DNA from: an uncultured virus (IMG/VR IMGVR_UViG_3300037962_000140)
Taxonomy: Duplodnaviria; Heunggongvirae; Uroviricota; Caudoviricetes
Virus record (IMG/VR): IMGVR_UViG_3300037962_000140
Coordinates: 1 to 64,000 of that record
Strand: one strand, 5' to 3'
DNA length: 64,000 nucleotides
Part shown: positions 59,511 through 64,000 of the stretch, in pieces
How the letters are laid out: each line of letters opens with the position of its first letter
Numbering within the stretch: the stretch's first letter is position 1
Program-made: the position numbers and the translations under genes
Notes under the pieces: generated by a model
The model's database searches: none
Told to the model about the DNA's origin: nothing
What the model saw: the letters and a program-made list of their open reading frames with translations, nothing else

Positions 59511-59633
59511 GAAGTGCCTCCTTCTCAGCTTCTAGTGCAGCACGTCTCTTGGCTGCGCGTCGCTTTCTTAGAAGTTCCATACCAACCGTTTTTCGGAAGG
59601 CGTTTTCGTTTCGCTTTTGTCTTTTCTTACTCA

Positions 59634-59828
59634 CTATATTTCTCCCCATCCTGCAGATCGTAACCACGCATTATCTGCTTCGGCTAATGACTCGCGATGC
59701 TCTCGCTGTGATTCGCATTTCTCACACAGGATCATCTGACCGTATATTCCGGTCGATCCGCAACGGTACTCAACAATCTTATAGTCGTAGCCTTTTGGTA
59801 CTGTAACCTCTATTCTGTTATCGCACAT
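59634..59828 (-). CDS. small Cys-containing protein
   Basis: CGSTG, CEKC. Confidence 0.55.
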   Translation of the reverse strand: MCDNRIEVTVPKGYDYKIVEYRCGSTGIYGQMILCEKCESQREHRESLAEADNAWLRSAGWGEI

Positions 59829-59906
59829 ATCTTTTCCTTTTTGTTAGTTAATGAAACGTAGTGTTTCCAAGAACGACCTCTTTTCAGAAGTCGCTCGGAG
59901 AACCAC

Positions 59907-60335
59907 TCAGATAATTTTAACTAGGTATGGATTACAGTGAGTGTCGTGAATTATTCCTGTCATTCGAGTACTACCCGTATCAGGATCGCTCCACATAACA
60001 GTCTCCCACGTTCCTGGTTCCCCGTAGTCAGTTTCAAACCATCGCGTAACTGTTACCGTTTCCGTAGGCGGTATCATTTTATACAGTGGCTTAAAGTTCA
60101 TTTCAGCAAGGTCAGCGGCCTCGCCCCAATGATCTATTCTAGTACCGTAAGCAGGCGCGTCAGCGGGATAGTCTAATTCTATCAACCTTAACGACATAGT
60201 CTCGGAACGCAGTGGGTTCATTTCGTTAATCGTATTTTCGGGGTTAGCCAAAATATCAATCAACTCCCTACTAAACTTAGTAGTCGTAGTAGGTCTTTCG
60301 GAAAACATTTCCATGGTTATATCTTTTAGATCCAT
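59907..60335 (-). CDS. hypothetical early protein
   Basis: first gene after the minus-strand promoter. Confidence 0.6.
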   Translation of the reverse strand: MDLKDITMEMFSERPTTTTKFSRELIDILANPENTINEMNPLRSETMSLRLIELDYPADAPAYGTRIDHWGEAADLAEMNFKPLYKMIPPTETVTVTRWFETDYGEPGTWETVMWSDPDTGSTRMTGIIHDTHCNPYLVKII

Positions 60336-60393
60336 TTTTTCTACCTTTCTATCTTTCTAAAATCCCGCCCGTGTAAAAGCGGGGCTAGCGTAT

Positions 60394-60430
60394 AGTATAA
60401 AGTACCAAAACGCGCATAGTAAAGGACTAA
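60394..60430 (-). promoter_or_regulatory. phage promoter motif
   Basis: TTAGTCC-TTTACT-N18-TATACT. Confidence 0.7.
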
Positions 60431-60477
60431 AGTGCTATTGGAAATGGCCGATTTATTACGGTTATTGTTCTATTTAG

Positions 60478-60594
60478 AAATAAAAACTTTTTTTATTTTT
60501 TCAACAGAATTGACTAATAGAGTAATAGAAGTAATAGAATCACGTTGAAAGTCTCGAGAACAGTGGATCTTGGTGAGTGTCAAAAGTAATAGAA
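60478..60594. repeat. AT-rich element, inverted copy of 41341-41456
   Basis: AATAGAGTAATAGAAGTAATA plus two further exact blocks. Confidence 0.8.
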
Positions 60595-60722
60595 AATCTA
60601 TGAGTTATTAGAAATGAAACAGAGAATAAGTAAGAGAGGGCGTGAGCAAAACATTTCGTTTTTTATATTTTATTTTCATTCTAATATATAGTTCACCCAT
60701 CGAAACACCTCGGAAGCGTTGG

Positions 60723-61310
60723 ATGAAACACTTACAGTACACTCCCATGACACCTGCTGATGACGGAAACGGTTACGTCGACCCTGATGGTAAGAAGTGG
60801 CAACCGCTGAATCCTAAGCAGAAGAAGTTCGCACGAGAGTATCTGAAAGGCCAAAACGCTACAGAAGCAGCGGTGAAAGCGGGTTACACGAAGAACCGCA
60901 ACGCCGCTAAGAGACAGGGCAGCGTATTACTCAATCACAACCCACTTCTCCGAAATTACCTAATAGAGCAGGAAATGAAAGAGGCAGAAAGAGATAGAGT
61001 TTCTATGGAAGGTCATCTTTCCGCTCTTCATGATTTGAGGGAGGAGGCGAGGGGGCAGGGCCAAATCAACGCGGCTATCACAGCCGAGATCCACCGAGGG
61101 AAGGTCGGTGGGCTTTACATCGATCGACGCGAGGTCTTGACCGCACAGATCGACGCACTGAGCAAGGACCAGATCCTGGATCGACTGACGCAGCTCATCA
61201 CGAAACGAGTTCCCCAAACCATCGAGGGAGAGGTCACGAACCGACTCGGTTCGAGTGAAGGATCGATCGACGGATCGACTGATCGATCGACTATAATGGT
61301 GGAGCGATAG
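60723..61310 (+). CDS. terS: terminase small subunit (second copy)
   Basis: LNPKQKKFAREYL..NATEAAVKAGY, AAI.AE..RGK..GLY. Confidence 0.88.
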   Translation: MKHLQYTPMTPADDGNGYVDPDGKKWQPLNPKQKKFAREYLKGQNATEAAVKAGYTKNRNAAKRQGSVLLNHNPLLRNYLIEQEMKEAERDRVSMEGHLSALHDLREEARGQGQINAAITAEIHRGKVGGLYIDRREVLTAQIDALSKDQILDRLTQLITKRVPQTIEGEVTNRLGSSEGSIDGSTDRSTIMVER

Positions 61311-61520
61311 ACCCGCCGCCACCCTCCCACCCACCCTTATTACTGACAGACGGATCGACGATCGGACTCGGGATCGATCGATCGATCGACTTAGATTGAT
61401 TGACGGATCGCGCGACCGCGACCCACCCACCCACCACACTTGACGCCACGGCCAGCGAGCGACGGACGGACGGACGCCGACGGGGAGCCACTAACAAGCG
61501 ACTAGACGGGACGGGACTAG
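61261..61520. repeat. low-complexity GATC/GACG/CCCA tetranucleotide tract
   Basis: GATCGATCGATCGATCGA, GACGGACGGACGGACG, CCCACCCACCCA. Confidence 0.8.
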
Positions 61521-61635
61521 CTAACAAGGAATTTATTTATTTACTTTATCGCTTGACTTATTAGCCGCCAGACCTCATTATAATAACCAGCTAGACAATA
61601 ACGCCTAGCTAATTAACTAAATAAGGATTCATTAA

Positions 61636-62100
61636 ATGAATAAGAACTTAAAGAAAGAAGATCAACAGTCAGTCAAAGATGCGATAACTAACATCGAAGC
61701 TAAGAAAGAAGTTATCGCTAACCCTAACTTAGCTATTGCTAAGAATTTAGTGGTTAAGGGTTCCGCGTCTGCTGATCTAGTAGGTACGTTTAAGTTAACT
61801 AGTGACCCAAGGCTAGAGGCGGTACTTAATGCTTACCCTCCTCAAGGTCAACGCATGAATCGTGAAATGGCTCAAGGTCTTAACGATAAAGGCTTAGTCA
61901 CTATTGATGCTGATCGCGCCGCTGAGATAGAAGAGGCTTGCATAAACAAGTCTACTGTTAACGATGTGGTTGGAACTTATCTTCCCTTAGCATTAGGTAA
62001 GTCTTGGATATCCGATGGTGAGAAAAAATCTAAGCGTGGTAGTCAAGCCTTGTTTGCTGCGATGGGCGGTAATTCCTTCGCTGTCTGGACTCGCGTATAG
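61636..62100 (+). CDS. stand-alone hypothetical protein
   Basis: TAAGG RBS, own terminator. Confidence 0.7.
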   Translation: MNKNLKKEDQQSVKDAITNIEAKKEVIANPNLAIAKNLVVKGSASADLVGTFKLTSDPRLEAVLNAYPPQGQRMNREMAQGLNDKGLVTIDADRAAEIEEACINKSTVNDVVGTYLPLALGKSWISDGEKKSKRGSQALFAAMGGNSFAVWTRV

Positions 62101-62124
62101 TTAACTAATTAGTTAGCTAACACT

Positions 62125-62148
62125 AAGCCCACTTCGGTGGGCTTTTTT
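62125..62148 (+). terminator. rho-independent terminator
   Basis: AAGCCCAC TTCG GTGGGCTT TTTT. Confidence 0.9.
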
Positions 62149-62415
62149 ATGTCTAAAATTAGTGCTTGACTAGCCTAGCTAAATATGATATTGGGGCGGC
62201 CCGCTAAATTAGGGGTATACCCCCTATTGACTTTCCCGCTCCCGCCCACCCACCACTACCTTATTCCCGACTCTTTTTCCGCTGTACTTTTGCTATAGGT
62301 TCCCTACTCAAAAATTTTTCGCAATGTGTATTGGGACTCCGGCCTTGAAAATTTTCGCCAAATTTTTTTAGGCTGTTGCGTGGTATGCTATCTGGGAGTT
62401 ACGATTGGCCCCACT

Positions 62416-62880
62416 ATGATAATCGAATCAGTCGCCGCCGCCGGTGCAATTCTATCCACGATCTCCACTGCCATTAACAAACTGAACGAAGTTGGCGACG
62501 GAGCAGCTAAAGCCGTTGAGTTAATGCAAGGGTTCTCTGACGCCTTGGATTCGTTTGAGCGCGAGAAGAAAGATTCGGTTATCAACAACCTCAGCTCACA
62601 GGAGCTTCTGAAATTGGAATCAATAAAACACAGACGCGATCAGTGGGAGAAGTCACTCCACGATATGCTCGTGATTCACGATCCGGCATTGTTGCAACGC
62701 TGGGACGAGGCTAAGGCAAGACAGAAAGCGAATCACAAACGGCAGATGGAAGCTATCAAAGCTAGGGCCGCTGCCCGAAAGAAAATGATTCGTCAGATTT
62801 GGATAATTATGGGGGTAACAGCAATAGGGTTACTTTGTTCATTTATATTAATTGGAGGGGTCATACTGATCTTTAAATAA
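62416..62880 (+). CDS. coiled-coil protein with C-terminal TM
   Basis: MIIESVAAAG...; hydrophobic C-terminus. Confidence 0.6.
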   Translation: MIIESVAAAGAILSTISTAINKLNEVGDGAAKAVELMQGFSDALDSFEREKKDSVINNLSSQELLKLESIKHRRDQWEKSLHDMLVIHDPALLQRWDEAKARQKANHKRQMEAIKARAAARKKMIRQIWIIMGVTAIGLLCSFILIGGVILIFK

Positions 62881-63086
62881 TGGATGTAGGAGCACTTACA
62901 CCAGCTAACCAAATAGCGTGGCGGCAGGTAGCCGAAGAGCGGTATCAGAAGTTGATGGAAAATACCCAGCGCGAGGAACGACGGCAGGCGGTACAAAATC
63001 TGCAGTCAAAGTTATATATCGCCAAGAATGGTAAGGTAGAAGTACAGATTGCCAGTACCAGACAGAATATTGACCTACTAGCGTAG
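62880..63086 (+). CDS. hypothetical protein
   Basis: TAATG coupling. Confidence 0.55.
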   Translation: MDVGALTPANQIAWRQVAEERYQKLMENTQREERRQAVQNLQSKLYIAKNGKVEVQIASTRQNIDLLA

Positions 63087-63113
63087 TAAAATTTTTCCAG
63101 TTACGATTCGCAC

Positions 63114-63410
63114 ATGGCACACGAAACTCGTAAAGCGAATTTAATTAAGAAGCATAATTTAAAGGGTGTAAACAAACCAAAGCGCACACCTAACCATCCG
63201 AAGAAATCGCATATGGTATTAGCGCAGGAAGGCCACAAGTTAAAACTCATTCGTTTTGGGCAACAGGGTGTAAAAACTGCGGGTAAGCCTAAGAAGGGTG
63301 AGTCAGCAAAACAAAAGGCGCGGCGTAAGAGTTTCAAGGCTCGCCATGGAAAGAACATCGCAAAAGGAAAAATGTCAGCGGCTTATTGGGCCGATAAGGT
63401 GAAATGGTAA
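63114..63410 (+). CDS. basic phage protein (NKPKRTP.HPKKSH...SAAYWADKVKW)
   Basis: recognisable marine-phage late protein motif. Confidence 0.75.
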   Translation: MAHETRKANLIKKHNLKGVNKPKRTPNHPKKSHMVLAQEGHKLKLIRFGQQGVKTAGKPKKGESAKQKARRKSFKARHGKNIAKGKMSAAYWADKVKW

Positions 63411-64000
63411 TGGCAGACATGCAAGCAATCTACGACGAAGAAGCGGGGCTTAACGACGGAGGCGGCTTGATGTCCCTGTTACGCGGAGGCGGTGAAATGC
63501 TCCTTGGTCCAGAGATCATGGACAACTTACCAATGTTATTGCGAGCACTGCAAAACACGAACAAAGATACGCTGACCATGGAACAGATGCGAGATATGTC
63601 TGGGCCGCTGGATGAGTCCAGTTTATCTGTACGATTAAGTAATACCCCTGGATTGGAAGAGTCTATTGGGCCTGAGTTAGCTTTGATGCTTGGAATGGCT
63701 GGTGGTCCTGGAGGAAAAGGAAAGGGTCTAGGAAGTTTATTTGACATGTTAGGCGATTCGCTGGATCCCTCAAAGATTAAACGATATGACGATAAAGAAT
63801 TTATGGATTTCCAGAAAGCGTCTAGGGAAGTTGATGAGCAGATAGGTCTTCCCCGAGAAGGCCGCGAAGGGTTCGATGACCTAGTACAAGAGATGCGTGA
63901 TGAATATATGGATTCAGATGAAGCGTTAGAAAAGGCCCAACGAGCGCAGAGAATAATAATGCGTAAAGCCAGACGTGATGGCGATATGATGGCCACGGGT
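63410..64000 (+). CDS. partial late gene running off the window (MADMQAIYDEEAGLNDGGGLM...)
   Basis: TAATG coupling; frame open to the window end; absent from the ORF track because it has no stop. Confidence 0.65.
   Translation, partial: MADMQAIYDEEAGLNDGGGLMSLLRGGGEMLLGPEIMDNLPMLLRALQNTNKDTLTMEQMRDMSGPLDESSLSVRLSNTPGLEESIGPELALMLGMAGGPGGKGKGLGSLFDMLGDSLDPSKIKRYDDKEFMDFQKASREVDEQIGLPREGREGFDDLVQEMRDEYMDSDEALEKAQRAQRIIMRKARRDGDMMATG

Noticed and set aside
60757..60790. CTGATGA...GAAA as a fifth hammerhead
   Set aside because: Inside terS coding sequence, with no room for stem II and no supporting stems
60960..61527. Minus-strand ORFs over the terS end
   Set aside because: Products of the low-complexity GATC tract and antisense to terS
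62159..62190. Extra copy of the TTAGTGC promoter (TTAGTGCTTGACT)
   Set aside because: No -10 box at 16-18 nt spacing
63430..63996. 188 aa minus-strand ORF
   Set aside because: Antisense to the coupled plus-strand frame 63410..>64000
1..64000. tRNA, rRNA, integrase, transposase or alternative genetic code
   Set aside because: None recognised by eye; standard-code ORFs tile the window and TAG, TAA and TGA all act as stops

Overview
Tailed dsDNA phage sequence with podovirus-like gene content resembling marine uvMED/pelagiphage-type phages. It is a scaffold with four 10-N gaps (1267-1276, 6539-6548, 11760-11769, 20642-20651). Layout: (1) 1-5.2 kb, minus-strand early operon (PAPS-reductase-like protein, small ORFs, MoxR-type AAA ATPase, DUF3150-like protein) whose intergenic spacers hold four hammerhead ribozymes, each between a stop codon and an AACUAGGAG RBS. 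(2) 5.3-39.8 kb, plus-strand packaging, head, tail, lysis and internal-virion genes (TerS, TerL, portal, GroES, scaffold, major capsid, S74 tail fibre, 2OG-Fe(II) oxygenase, spanins, lysozyme). (3) 39.8-52.7 kb, replication genes (SNF2 helicase, SSB, primase, UvrD helicase, PolA) plus a thymine-hypermodification cluster (DenV-like glycosylase, SAM methyltransferase, 5-hmdU DNA kinase-like, dUMP hydroxymethylase-like, DUF1599). (4) 52.8-60.4 kb, second early region with a repeated TTAGTGC-TTTACT promoter. (5) A second, dissimilar TerS and the start of another late region, which suggests two related phages joined in one scaffold. Best leads: the ribozyme-punctuated operon, a hypermodification pathway with a methyltransferase but no visible amino-acid:DNA transferase, a covarying 26-nt hairpin array before groES, a candidate -1 frameshift in the lysis region, and an orphan pseudoknotted RNA. 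All protein calls come from motif recognition by eye, not database searches.
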